This document shows, in pieces, positions 28,968 through 38,348 of a stretch of 54,900 bases of DNA. Numbering within the stretch: position 1 is the first letter of the stretch; each line of letters begins with the position of its first letter. The notes beneath the pieces are model-generated. The model did not search any database and was not told the DNA's origin. It saw only the letters and a list, made by a program, of their open reading frames with translations. This DNA is from an uncultured virus (IMG/VR IMGVR_UViG_3300034106_001935) (lineage: Duplodnaviria > Heunggongvirae > Uroviricota > Caudoviricetes). The position numbers were made by a program, and so were the translations under genes. Location: IMG/VR virus record IMGVR_UViG_3300034106_001935, one strand, 5' to 3'.

Positions 28968-30523
28968 TGGAACAAGATAATCTTTCTAGTAAACACAATC
29001 CAGAGTGGGCATTATTCTTGCCCGCTGTTAGTAGTTTTTACATCAGTGGATTAGGTAAGCAACGCAAAGGTGAGGAATATTTTGAGAAGTCAAGGATTCC
29101 TGCTGGTTTTAATAATGATGTTGAATGTTTGAATTTCTTAAACAGTCAACAAGGTCTTTACTATTATAAGTGGGGATTGTACAGTGCTGGTCATGCTAAC
29201 TTAGATATCACTAAAGATGACCCAAATGAAAGCATTATCCGTGAGCGTGAACCGGGCACATTCATGCTCGGTGACTCAGGTGGATTTCAGATTCTAAAAT
29301 GCCAGTGGCCTGCTGATTGGAAGGATCCTAACTGTCCTCGTGCCATGAAAAAGCGCAAGGAAGTTTTGACATGGATGGATACATACATGGATTATGGTAT
29401 GTGTCTTGATATTCCTTCACAGTCACTAACTACTTTTCATATCAAAGATCCCAAAACTGGTAAATCAGCACATGGTATCAGCACAATTGAAGAAGCGATT
29501 GCTGCTACACATATCAACAACGAATATTTTATTCAAAACCGTTCGGGCAAATGTAAGTTCTTAAATGTATTGCAAGGTCGCAATCATACTCAAAGTGATG
29601 ATTGGTATCTTGAAATGAAAAAATATTGTGACCCAAATATCTATCCAGACAATCATTTTAATGGTTGGGCATTCGGTGGTCAGAATAAAATTGATGTACA
29701 TTTAATGTTGCGTAGATTAGTTGATATTATCTATGATGGATTATTGATTCCGGGCAAACATGATTTAATTCATTGCCTAGGTGTTAGTATCATGGAATAT
29801 GCGGTATTGTTTAGTGATATTAAAAAGGCAATACGCAAATATCACAATCCTAATTTGGAAATTACTTTTGACTGCGCTAGCCCATTTTATGGTGCAGCTA
29901 AGGGCCTTGCTTATTTCAATAATAGTTTTGAGCATGGTAAAAAATGGTCATACAGTATGGAAAAAACCGCAGAAAATAAAAACTTTGCTAATGATACTCG
30001 CAAATTTAGCACTGCTGTTTTGGCTGAAGGTATCCATGATACATTTACAGATAGTCCAGTAACTGATAAACTCTTACTTAAAGATTTATGCTATCGTGGT
30101 GTTGGCTTTTTGGGTCAACACGGTAAAGAAACTAAAACTAGTTGGGATACATTAAGTTATACATTGGTTCAAAGTCACAATGTTTGGATGCATATCAATG
30201 GTGTTCAAGAAGCTAACCGTAGATATGAACAGGGAGTTATACCAAAAATGTTGATGAATGAAACATTTGATCGTATACTGTACAAAGATGTGATTGAAGA
30301 AATCTTTAGTAAGAAAACAAAGGCTGAAAGTTTAGAAGTTATTGAGCGACATAGCAAACTATGGACGCAAATGCAAAGTGGTAGTCAGGGTATTAGTGGT
30401 AAAAAGACTGTTAACGCTATGACTATGTTTGATCAACTGTTTAGTTTTGAAAATTCAGAACCCGAAATTGATGAAGAAATCATTGATAGTGATGATGCAA
30501 TGACAGAGGCGTTAGGAGAATAG
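28964..30523 (+). CDS. tRNA-guanine transglycosylase-fold protein (DpdA-like deazaguanine insertion enzyme)
   Basis: TGT motifs occur in order: 'GDSGGFQ', 'LDIP', 'VLQG', 'GWAFGG', 'HCLG' and 'FDCASP'. It is linked to folE/queD/queE. Confidence 0.75.
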   Translation: MMEQDNLSSKHNPEWALFLPAVSSFYISGLGKQRKGEEYFEKSRIPAGFNNDVECLNFLNSQQGLYYYKWGLYSAGHANLDITKDDPNESIIREREPGTFMLGDSGGFQILKCQWPADWKDPNCPRAMKKRKEVLTWMDTYMDYGMCLDIPSQSLTTFHIKDPKTGKSAHGISTIEEAIAATHINNEYFIQNRSGKCKFLNVLQGRNHTQSDDWYLEMKKYCDPNIYPDNHFNGWAFGGQNKIDVHLMLRRLVDIIYDGLLIPGKHDLIHCLGVSIMEYAVLFSDIKKAIRKYHNPNLEITFDCASPFYGAAKGLAYFNNSFEHGKKWSYSMEKTAENKNFANDTRKFSTAVLAEGIHDTFTDSPVTDKLLLKDLCYRGVGFLGQHGKETKTSWDTLSYTLVQSHNVWMHINGVQEANRRYEQGVIPKMLMNETFDRILYKDVIEEIFSKKTKAESLEVIERHSKLWTQMQSGSQGISGKKTVNAMTMFDQLFSFENSEPEIDEEIIDSDDAMTEALGE

Positions 30524-30524
30524 T

Positions 30525-30689
30525 ATGGACTATAGTAATCAAATTAGAATTTTAGAAAATCAATTAAAGCACTTGGAAAGTGCCGAAAATAAAGACAAAG
30601 AAAAAATTGATAAAGTTTTAAACGAATTACGGCTTTTGCGCAAAGCCCAATACGAAGAAAATCAGCGTATAGGCTACGGTGACGAATAA
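30525..30689 (+). CDS. Small coiled-coil protein, 54 aa (not in the ORF track)
   Basis: MDYSNQIRILENQLKHLE...IGYGDE with an AGGAG SD; TAATG overlap with the next gene. Confidence 0.65.
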   Translation: MDYSNQIRILENQLKHLESAENKDKEKIDKVLNELRLLRKAQYEENQRIGYGDE

Positions 30690-30901
30690 TGGACGACACT
30701 ACAAGTTTTAATCTGGATCATGACATTCAGCCTGCAACAATCTTGTTTCACTCTAATGAGTCTGAAATGTTGCGTGTAGCAAAAGATGGCTTTTATGTGC
30801 GCGGAATTAAAATTGAACAAGATGCAACAGAAGCAGAAAAAGTTTACAACGCCTTCCATCAATGGTTGATGTGGGCAACACTTAATCGGAGTTATGAATG
30901 A
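30689..30901 (+). CDS. Hypothetical protein
   Basis: 70-aa ORF, translationally coupled. Confidence 0.55.
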   Translation: MDDTTSFNLDHDIQPATILFHSNESEMLRVAKDGFYVRGIKIEQDATEAEKVYNAFHQWLMWATLNRSYE

Positions 30902-31347
30902 ATCAACACGAACAAGCATTGGCTGAAAAGCGTGAAAGAATTCGCGACCGAGCACGCCGAATGATCTGGGTGACCTTTCGTAAAGAAGGTATTCATAAGT
31001 ACCCGGCTGCTGCAACCGACTCAAATCTTGCCACTGGTGATGAATATGATGTAAGTTTCTTGGGAACTCCCCATCGTCATATTTTTCATTTCAACGTAGG
31101 CATTCAAGTATTTCACAACGATAGGGATATTGAGTTTATCCAATTCAAGCGTTGGCTAGAAAAGCTCTACCAAGGCACATTGGAATTGAATTTCAAGAGT
31201 TGTGAAATGATTAGCGATGACCTTTATGAAGTTATTGCTACTCGTTATCCCGGGCGTGACATTGAGATTACCGTATCCGAAGACGGTGAGAACGGTGCCA
31301 CAATTTCTTATAAAACACATCAACCTTATCAACAACTAGCCATCTAA
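30898..31347 (+). CDS. QueD/PTPS-like T-fold paralog (DpdL-like)
   Basis: 'LGTPHRHIF' (LxxxHRHxF), 'DRDIEF', 'SCEMI' and 'VSEDGENGA'. Confidence 0.65.
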   Translation: MNQHEQALAEKRERIRDRARRMIWVTFRKEGIHKYPAAATDSNLATGDEYDVSFLGTPHRHIFHFNVGIQVFHNDRDIEFIQFKRWLEKLYQGTLELNFKSCEMISDDLYEVIATRYPGRDIEITVSEDGENGATISYKTHQPYQQLAI

Positions 31348-31358
31348 AGGAGATATAA

Positions 31359-31574
31359 ATGGCAAAAATCGTTATTCAACCCAATCCTCGTGTCAATCAG
31401 ATTTTTGAGGACCTAGAAAAGTATCTTAATTTCTGTGTTCAGTTTGGGTACAAATATGACGAATCTGACCTATACAGTAACAAGAGTTATGTATTCCGTC
31501 AGTATACAAAATTTATTACTGGAAAGCCTGTCAAGGACAACTGGGAAATAGATGGAAAAGCTGAATTGGTTTAA
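31359..31574 (+). CDS. Hypothetical protein
   Basis: 71-aa ORF with an AAGGAG RBS. Confidence 0.6.
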   Translation: MAKIVIQPNPRVNQIFEDLEKYLNFCVQFGYKYDESDLYSNKSYVFRQYTKFITGKPVKDNWEIDGKAELV

Positions 31575-31623
31575 AAGCATATAAATAGAATGGCAGGCAA
31601 CTGCCATTCTTTACATAAAATAT

Positions 31624-31869
31624 ATGCCATACAATATAAATCAAATTGAGCTAGATAAGAATGAAACAATAACAGGAAGCATTACTGATTCTAATATACA
31701 TTATTTTGTATTAGAGGGAAAATGCAATATGACTACAGTATATAATAATGATAAAATGAATGTTACTGTAGATGCATTCAAAACATATGATATTAAATCT
31801 AATGTTTGGGTTGAGATATCAAATCCATATGATGCAGTATGCAAATTGTTAAAAATTAACTTTTTCTAA
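31624..31869 (+). CDS. Hypothetical protein (possible cupin-like beta barrel)
   Basis: Very AT-rich 81-aa ORF containing 'HYFVLEGKC'. It is preceded by TATAAATA and a hairpin. Confidence 0.45.
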   Translation: MPYNINQIELDKNETITGSITDSNIHYFVLEGKCNMTTVYNNDKMNVTVDAFKTYDIKSNVWVEISNPYDAVCKLLKINFF

Positions 31870-31874
31870 TCAAT

Positions 31875-33050
31875 ATGAGAAAACTATTTTACATGGGGCT
31901 AGAGCCCTATAAAGCGCGTTATACCCTTCAGTTAACTGATTGGAATGAACGTGTTTTCAAACGAAGAAAAATCAAATACGAAATTGTATCCGGCGAAACA
32001 CTAACCAGTGATCAGGCAATCGTTACTGGTCAGGTATTGGATGCTCATGGTCGTAGCTACTACTCCATGAGTCAAATGATGAACCTTGTCAAATTGATGA
32101 AAGAGGGAAAAGTAACAAATGAAGATGTTATCTACTTTGAAGACATGTTCCAGCCCGGTATGGAAAGTTTACCTTACATACTGGATCAAGTCCCTAGTAA
32201 TCTACGTCCCCGCATTTATGTTAGGTGTCTTGCTCAGTCCATTGATCCTGACGATTTCGTACATGTATGGGGTATGGCGAAATGGATGGGCCTCTACGAA
32301 CAAATGGTTAATGAGTTTGTGGACGGAGTCCTCGCAACAAACGAAGAAATGGTTGCTCATATGCGTATTGCTGGATGGACTAGTCCTATATACAATATTT
32401 CAGGGCTAGCATTCGGTAAAGAAGAAGTTGAAGAACGTGTTGAAGGTAAAATTAAACCATTCAACAAGCGCAGAATGCGTGTTGTATTTGCCGCGCGTTG
32501 GGATCAGGAAAAGCAGCCCGATTTCTTTATGGATCTAATTGAAGAATATAATCGTAGGCATCCTAACGAAGTTGAATTTGTTTTGTGTAGCGGCGGCAAG
32601 TTGCGTAGCAATAATGATAGTTATATGAAACGCACCCGTAAATTAGAAGAAGAAAACAAACTGTCAATTTATGAGGATCTAGATAAGAATACTTACTATA
32701 ATATTCTTAATGATAGTAGGGTTTTGTTTAATTGTGCTTTACAAGATTGGGTATCAAACACAGTATCTGAGGCCGATACTCTTGGTTGTAATGTATTGTA
32801 TCCTGCTTATCGCAGTTTCCCAGAAACTTTTGCTAATGATCATGAACGCCTCTATGTTCCATGGTCAATAGAAGATGCTATAAACAAGTTAGAAATTCTA
32901 CTAAAGAAACCACATGTCAATATGGGTAAAATTAGTAACTATAATGACGGTACTATTGATAGAATTTGTGATGTCCTTCAGGGTAAGGGTGAGAAATATT
33001 TGCGCATGTCTACGGATTATCGTAAACACACTAGAGAATCTAAGTTCTAA
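31875..33050 (+). CDS. GT-B glycosyltransferase
   Basis: 'VFAARWDQEKQPDFF' and 'QDWVSNTVSEADTLGC..LYPAYRSFPE' match the GT4-like D/E-x7-E motif. Confidence 0.75.
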   Translation: MRKLFYMGLEPYKARYTLQLTDWNERVFKRRKIKYEIVSGETLTSDQAIVTGQVLDAHGRSYYSMSQMMNLVKLMKEGKVTNEDVIYFEDMFQPGMESLPYILDQVPSNLRPRIYVRCLAQSIDPDDFVHVWGMAKWMGLYEQMVNEFVDGVLATNEEMVAHMRIAGWTSPIYNISGLAFGKEEVEERVEGKIKPFNKRRMRVVFAARWDQEKQPDFFMDLIEEYNRRHPNEVEFVLCSGGKLRSNNDSYMKRTRKLEEENKLSIYEDLDKNTYYNILNDSRVLFNCALQDWVSNTVSEADTLGCNVLYPAYRSFPETFANDHERLYVPWSIEDAINKLEILLKKPHVNMGKISNYNDGTIDRICDVLQGKGEKYLRMSTDYRKHTRESKF

Positions 33051-33128
33051 TAATTTTTAGGTATAAATAATATCGTAGGATGCCTTACAGGTCCTACGAT
33101 ATTCTTGCTTTTTTAAAGGAGATAAAAT

Positions 33129-35006
33129 ATGAGCAAAGTAATAGGTATTGACCTCGGTACAACCAATTCGTGCGTTGCAGTTGTAGAAAACGGTTCTACA
33201 AAAGTTATTGAAAACAGTGAAGGCGCACGTACAACCCCATCAATCATTGCATACACTAACGATGAAATCTTAGTTGGTGCAAGTGCAAAACGACAAGCAG
33301 TAACAAATCCCAAAAATACTATCTATGCAGCCAAGCGTTTGATTGGTCGTAAGTTTAAAGAAAACGCAGTTCAAAAAGATATTGACCTCATGCCATATGA
33401 AATCTATGAGGCAACTAATGGTGACGCATGGGTCCGTGTTTCAGGTAAAGAAATTGCACCTCCGCAAATTTCAGCCGAAGTTTTGCGCAAGATGAAAAAG
33501 ACCGCAGAAGATTATCTCGGTCACGAAGTCACTCAAGCAGTTATTACTGTCCCTGCATATTTCAACGACAGCCAGCGTCAAGCAACTAAGGATGCCGGAC
33601 GCATTGCTGGTCTAGAAGTATTGCGTATCATCAATGAACCAACAGCGGCTGCACTGGCATATGGTGTAGATAAAGCTGATAAGAAAGACCGTAAGGTTGC
33701 TGTCTATGACTTGGGCGGTGGTACCTTTGACGTTTCTATTATTGAGATTGCAAACATTGATGGTGAGAAACAGATTGAAGTTCTGTCCACTAACGGTGAT
33801 ACATTTTTAGGTGGTGAAGACTTTGACCAACGCATCATGGACTATCTTGTTTCTGAATTTAAAAAGGAACAAGGTGTTGATCTAACTAAGGATGTATTAG
33901 CACTACAGCGTTTGAAAGAAGCTGCTGAAAAGGCCAAGATTGAATTGTCCAGCAGTAGCCAAACTGATGTTAATCTTCCATACATTACTGCTGATGCAAG
34001 TGGTCCCAAGCACATGAACATCAAGCTCACCCGTGCTAAGTTAGAAAGTTTGGTTGAAGAATTAATCAAGCGTTCTATTGAACCATGCAAGATTGCGATG
34101 AAGGATGCAAATGTAACAGCAAGTGACATTGATGAAGTCATTCTTGTTGGCGGTATGACTCGCATGCCTAAGGTTCAAGAAGAAGTTGAAAAATTGTTTG
34201 CTAAGGCACCTCGCAAGGATGTTAATCCTGATGAAGCAGTTGCCGCTGGTGCAGCTATTCAAGGTAGTGTTTTAGCAGGTGACCGTAAGGATGTTCTATT
34301 GCTTGATGTTACACCTCTAAGTCTCGGTATTGAAACTATGGGTGGTGTCATGACTAAGCTTATCAAAAAGAACACTACTATTCCTACCAAGCATAGTCAA
34401 GTGTTTAGTACTGCGGATGATAATCAACCTGCTGTTACTGTCAAAGTCTATCAAGGTGAAAGAGAATTTGTACAACACAATAAATTGTTAGGTGAATTTA
34501 ATCTTGAAGGAATTCCCCCAGCCAAGCGTGGAGTACCTCAAATTGAAGTAACACTTGATATTGATGCTAACGGTATCATGCATGTTAGTGCAAAAGATCA
34601 AGGCACAGGTAAAGAAAACAAGATTACAATCAAGTCTAATTCTGGATTAACTGAAGCTGAAATTGATAAGATGGTTCGTGAAGCTGAAGAAAATGCAGAA
34701 GCTGATAAGAAGAAACTTGAACTGATTCAAGCAAAGAACAGTGGTGAAGGTGCTTTAAATAACTTCCGTAGTGATTACAATGAATTTAAAGATCAGGTAA
34801 CAGAGGAAGAAAGTAATAAAGCAAAGGAAGCACTTGACAATTTAGAGCAAGCACTTAAGGGTGAAGATGCTGAGGAAATCAATAAAAAGGTTACCGAACT
34901 GTATCAAGCAATTGGTCCCATTACTAGTAAAAAGTATGAAGCAGAACAAGCTAAACAAAAAACGGAACCAAATGTAGTAGACGCAGAAACTACAGAAGTC
35001 AAGTAA
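33129..35006 (+). CDS. dnaK: Hsp70 chaperone DnaK
   Basis: 'GIDLGTTNS', 'TVPAYFND', 'DLGGGTFD' and 'LVGGMTRMP'; full length. Confidence 0.97.
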   Translation: MSKVIGIDLGTTNSCVAVVENGSTKVIENSEGARTTPSIIAYTNDEILVGASAKRQAVTNPKNTIYAAKRLIGRKFKENAVQKDIDLMPYEIYEATNGDAWVRVSGKEIAPPQISAEVLRKMKKTAEDYLGHEVTQAVITVPAYFNDSQRQATKDAGRIAGLEVLRIINEPTAAALAYGVDKADKKDRKVAVYDLGGGTFDVSIIEIANIDGEKQIEVLSTNGDTFLGGEDFDQRIMDYLVSEFKKEQGVDLTKDVLALQRLKEAAEKAKIELSSSSQTDVNLPYITADASGPKHMNIKLTRAKLESLVEELIKRSIEPCKIAMKDANVTASDIDEVILVGGMTRMPKVQEEVEKLFAKAPRKDVNPDEAVAAGAAIQGSVLAGDRKDVLLLDVTPLSLGIETMGGVMTKLIKKNTTIPTKHSQVFSTADDNQPAVTVKVYQGEREFVQHNKLLGEFNLEGIPPAKRGVPQIEVTLDIDANGIMHVSAKDQGTGKENKITIKSNSGLTEAEIDKMVREAEENAEADKKKLELIQAKNSGEGALNNFRSDYNEFKDQVTEEESNKAKEALDNLEQALKGEDAEEINKKVTELYQAIGPITSKKYEAEQAKQKTEPNVVDAETTEVK

Positions 35007-35009
35007 AAG

Positions 35010-35038
35010 GAAAACGGGATTTATTCCCGTTTTCTTTT
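35010..35038 (+). terminator. Intrinsic terminator
   Basis: GAAAACGGGA-TTTAT-TCCCGTTTTC followed by a T-tract. Confidence 0.8.
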
Positions 35039-35089
35039 GTTTTATAGTTGTTTTGTTGTATAGTTAGTTTTTATTAGAGGCAATTGTTA

Positions 35090-36124
35090 ATGCGTATTGA
35101 AGATGATATTAAGCTAGATTTCAAGGATGTATTGATTCGTCCTAAGCGTAGTACTCTAGCAAGCCGTAAAGAAGTTGATTTAACTCGCACATACCAGTTT
35201 AAGCATAGTGGGTGGGAATGGACTGGAGTCCCTGTCATGGCAGCTAACATGGATGGTGTAGGAACTCCTTCTATGGCTGTAGCACTTTACGAACATAGGA
35301 TGTTTACTTGTCTAGTAAAGTCACTAGGTCGTGATGAATTTCCTAAATTAACTGATAATATCGGTGGCAATTATTTTGCCGTAAGCACTGGAACTAGCGA
35401 AAAAGACTTAAATAGATTAGTAGCCATACTAGAAGATAATCCTGCAATACATTTTATTTGTATTGATATTGCAAATGGGTATAGCGAACATTTTGGTGAT
35501 TTTGTAGCTGATGTTCGTAGATTGTATCCCAAGCATACTATCATAGCAGGCAATGTAGTAACGGCTGACATGACACAGGAGTTAATTCTACGTGGAGCCG
35601 ATATTGTTAAAGTGGGCATTGGCCCTGGGAGTGTTTGTACTACTCGTATTCAAACTGGCGTTGGCTATCCACAACTTTCAGCAATCATTGAATGCGCGGA
35701 CGCTGCTCATGGTCTTGGTGGACACATTATTGCTGACGGCGGTTGTACTTGTCCTGGGGATGTCGCTAAAGCCTTCGGAGCTGGCGCTGATTTTGTAATG
35801 CTGGGTGGCATGTTATCTGGACATGATGAAGGCGAAGGCGAAGTAATTAGTGAAGATGGTAAGAATCCTCGTGTAGTGTTTTATGGCATGAGTAGTGATA
35901 CTGCTATGGACAAGCATCACGGAGGTGTCGCTAATTATCGCAGTAGTGAGGGTCGCACAGTTGAAGTTAAATATCGCGGTGCAGTAAAAAATACTGTACT
36001 AGATTTACTCGGAGGTTTGCGTAGCACTTGCACATATGTTGGAGCACCAACTCTTAAACAACTTAGTAAGTGCACCACATTCATCCGTGTTAACCGTCAG
36101 ATTAATGATGTATTTTTAAAGTGA
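35090..36124 (+). CDS. guaC: GMP reductase
   Basis: '[25 protein letters not shown]', 'AANMD', 'DIANGYSE' and the catalytic loop '[11 protein letters not shown]'; no CBS domains. Confidence 0.93.
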   Translation: MRIEDDIKLDFKDVLIRPKRSTLASRKEVDLTRTYQFKHSGWEWTGVPVMAANMDGVGTPSMAVALYEHRMFTCLVKSLGRDEFPKLTDNIGGNYFAVSTGTSEKDLNRLVAILEDNPAIHFICIDIANGYSEHFGDFVADVRRLYPKHTIIAGNVVTADMTQELILRGADIVKVGIGPGSVCTTRIQTGVGYPQLSAIIECADAAHGLGGHIIADGGCTCPGDVAKAFGAGADFVMLGGMLSGHDEGEGEVISEDGKNPRVVFYGMSSDTAMDKHHGGVANYRSSEGRTVEVKYRGAVKNTVLDLLGGLRSTCTYVGAPTLKQLSKCTTFIRVNRQINDVFLK

Positions 36125-36131
36125 GGAGATA

Positions 36132-36398
36132 ATGGCAACAAAAAAGAAAACCACTGCTGATTCAACACCAGCCAGTGTTATAAAGGAAAAGAAAACAAAA
36201 AATAGCGAAGCATGGCCCAAAGTAGTTAAGGGCACACATCTTACAGTAACTACATACGAAGATGGTACTACTAAATTAGAATGGGATGATGAAGCATTGC
36301 TTAGTGAAGTTAGAAATGCTATACTAAAACATGAGTCAACTATTCCTGTCACAGCAGTAAAAAAGACAAAAAAGAAAACAGTAAAGGAAACAAAATGA
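36132..36398 (+). CDS. Hypothetical basic protein
   Basis: 88-aa ORF with a GAGGAG RBS. Confidence 0.6.
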   Translation: MATKKKTTADSTPASVIKEKKTKNSEAWPKVVKGTHLTVTTYEDGTTKLEWDDEALLSEVRNAILKHESTIPVTAVKKTKKKTVKETK

Positions 36399-36583
36399 AC
36401 GCACACAATGATATTAATACACACTTAGAAGCATACTTAGCCGAACATGAAAAGTTTGAAAAAGGTAATAATGCTGCAGGCACCCGTGCCCGTAAAGCAT
36501 TGGCAGAACTAGCGAAGGCTGTCAAGGCTCGCCGTAATGAAATTACCGAAACAAAAAACGCCCGCAAAGAAGCTAAGGCATAA
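36395..36583 (+). CDS. Histone H1-like (Hc1 family) small protein
   Basis: 'KFEKGNNAAGTRARKALAELAKAVKARRNEI'. Confidence 0.7.
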   Translation: MNAHNDINTHLEAYLAEHEKFEKGNNAAGTRARKALAELAKAVKARRNEITETKNARKEAKA

Positions 36584-36645
36584 ATAAATGTGCTACACAA
36601 CGGTAGCACATTTTCCAATTTCATATCCGCGTAAGGAAGGATTCT

Positions 36646-37326
36646 ATGAGTTACAATAAAACAAAAACAGACCCTGAGCTTGGTTTAAAAGTTCACGAAC
36701 ATCTAGTTAAAATGGGTGTTGAAACTCCTATGAAGGAAGTTGATCTTGATCGCAAAGCCAAGATTTCAATCATTGAAACTAATTTCAAGCAAATAATGGA
36801 ATTGCTTGGATTAGATTTGTCTGATGACAGTCTAGCAGAAACACCCAAACGTGTTGCCCGGATGTATGTAAACGAAATCTTTTGGGGGCTTGATTATGAA
36901 GCATTCCCCAAGTGTACTACAGTTGATAACAAGATGAAGTACAACGAAATGGTCGTTGAAAGGAACGTCAATGTACAAAGCAATTGTGAGCACCATTTTG
37001 TTATCATTGATGGCACCGCTACTGTTGCATATGTGCCTAAGGATAAAGTGCTTGGACTATCTAAAATTAATCGGATTGTAGAATATTTCAGCAAGCGTCC
37101 GCAGATTCAAGAACGGTTAACTGAACAGATTTTCCACACACTACAGTTTATCTTAGATACAGAAGATGTTGCGGTTATGATTGACGCACAGCATTATTGT
37201 GTTAAGAGTCGCGGTGTTGAGGATACAGGTAGTTCAACTGTCACTAGCCGTCTCGGTGGAGGTTTCAAAAATGATCCTGCTGCTAGACAAGAGTTTTTAA
37301 ACATTGCAACTAAGGGTTGCAGATGA
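36646..37326 (+). CDS. folE: GTP cyclohydrolase I
   Basis: 'ETPKRVARMY', 'SNCEHHF', 'GLSKINR', 'RPQIQERLT' and 'HYCVKSRG'. Confidence 0.95.
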   Translation: MSYNKTKTDPELGLKVHEHLVKMGVETPMKEVDLDRKAKISIIETNFKQIMELLGLDLSDDSLAETPKRVARMYVNEIFWGLDYEAFPKCTTVDNKMKYNEMVVERNVNVQSNCEHHFVIIDGTATVAYVPKDKVLGLSKINRIVEYFSKRPQIQERLTEQIFHTLQFILDTEDVAVMIDAQHYCVKSRGVEDTGSSTVTSRLGGGFKNDPAARQEFLNIATKGCR

Positions 37327-37577
37327 AGTGCGATATCTGTAAAAAAGATTATAGCCCTGATTGTGATTTTCAACAAGGACGCTGTCCTCATCATCCACCT
37401 ATGATTAATATACAACCCAAGGATCCCAGCAAAGGACATTTTTATGTTAGCCTTGTAAAGAGTGCTCTTAGAATTGTCGCCGGTGTTGCACTACTTCAAG
37501 GAGGTGGTGTATTTTTTGTAGCAGGATTCTTTTTGATCGGTGCTGAGTTATTGGGAATCTTAGAGGAGTTAGTATAA
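37323..37577 (+). CDS. Small membrane protein with N-terminal Cys cluster
   Basis: 'CDIC...CDFQQGRCPH' followed by two hydrophobic helices. Confidence 0.55.
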   Translation: MKCDICKKDYSPDCDFQQGRCPHHPPMINIQPKDPSKGHFYVSLVKSALRIVAGVALLQGGGVFFVAGFFLIGAELLGILEELV

Positions 37578-37813
37578 TGGGCTTTAAGAAACCAATGGAC
37601 TACACTAGCGTACATCATCAAATCTATATGACCGGTGTAGAAGTTAACAGTTCATATAACGATGGTTATACTGCGTTTTACTTAAAACAGGACCTTTATA
37701 GAATTAAATGGTTAGTGGATTCAATACTAAAAGATTCTCCCGAATTTGCAGGAGAGGATGAATTCTTAAAAGAACATGAACAAAAGATCATGTGGAGAAG
37801 ATTGCAAGAATGA
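37577..37813 (+). CDS. Hypothetical protein
   Basis: 78-aa ORF, translationally coupled. Confidence 0.6.
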   Translation: MGFKKPMDYTSVHHQIYMTGVEVNSSYNDGYTAFYLKQDLYRIKWLVDSILKDSPEFAGEDEFLKEHEQKIMWRRLQE

Positions 37814-38277
37814 TCTTCAACAGAATTAAAGAATTAAAAGCTCAAGGCTTACGAATTGGTATAACTTTTAGCCAATTTGATTTACTGCATGCCGGACATG
37901 TCGCAATGCTAAGTGAGGCTAAAAATCACTGTGACTATCTTATTTGTGGATTACAAAACAATGCTAGTTGGGATCGTCCTGAAAAGAATGCTCCCATACA
38001 AAGTATTGTAGAGCGCCAAATTACATTAAGTGCTTGCCGCTTTGTAGATGAAATAGTTGTCTACAATACGGAAAAAGACTTAGAAGATATCCTCTTGACA
38101 TTGCCCGTTGATGTGCGTATACTCGGTGTTGAGTACATGGAGAAAGATTTTACTGGTCGTGCCATTTGCGAGAAACGTGGAATACAATTAGTATTCAACG
38201 GTCGTGATCATAGTTTTAGTTCAAGTAGTTTGCGTAAACGAGTTGCTGAGACAGAACTAAATAAAAATGGTAAATAA
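37810..38277 (+). CDS. Cytidylyltransferase (TagD/RfaE-like)
   Basis: 'FSQFDLLHAGH', 'YLICGL', 'FVDEI' and 'FSSSSLR'. Confidence 0.85.
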   Translation: MIFNRIKELKAQGLRIGITFSQFDLLHAGHVAMLSEAKNHCDYLICGLQNNASWDRPEKNAPIQSIVERQITLSACRFVDEIVVYNTEKDLEDILLTLPVDVRILGVEYMEKDFTGRAICEKRGIQLVFNGRDHSFSSSSLRKRVAETELNKNGK

Positions 38278-38281
38278 GTAT

Positions 38282-38345
38282 AGCGGTCTCAGCATCGTCC
38301 CGCTTTAAAAATTCCGCTGCCTATGCTAAAATTAACATAGGAGAA
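38282..38345 (+). promoter_or_regulatory. Candidate riboswitch-like leader of queD (preQ1-I-like H-type pseudoknot plus SD-occluding hairpin)
   Basis: P1 is AGCGG/CCGCT. The loop CAGC pairs with a downstream GCTG after an A-rich linker. A CCTATG/CATAGG hairpin covers AGGAG. Confidence 0.5.
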
Positions 38346-38348
38346 AAT

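Noticed and set aside
28964..30523. Canonical tRNA-modifying Tgt for queuosine
   Set aside because: It lacks the Zn-binding Cys motif, is linked to replication genes, and has no queC/queF/queA nearby. A DNA or nucleotide substrate is more plausible but unproven.
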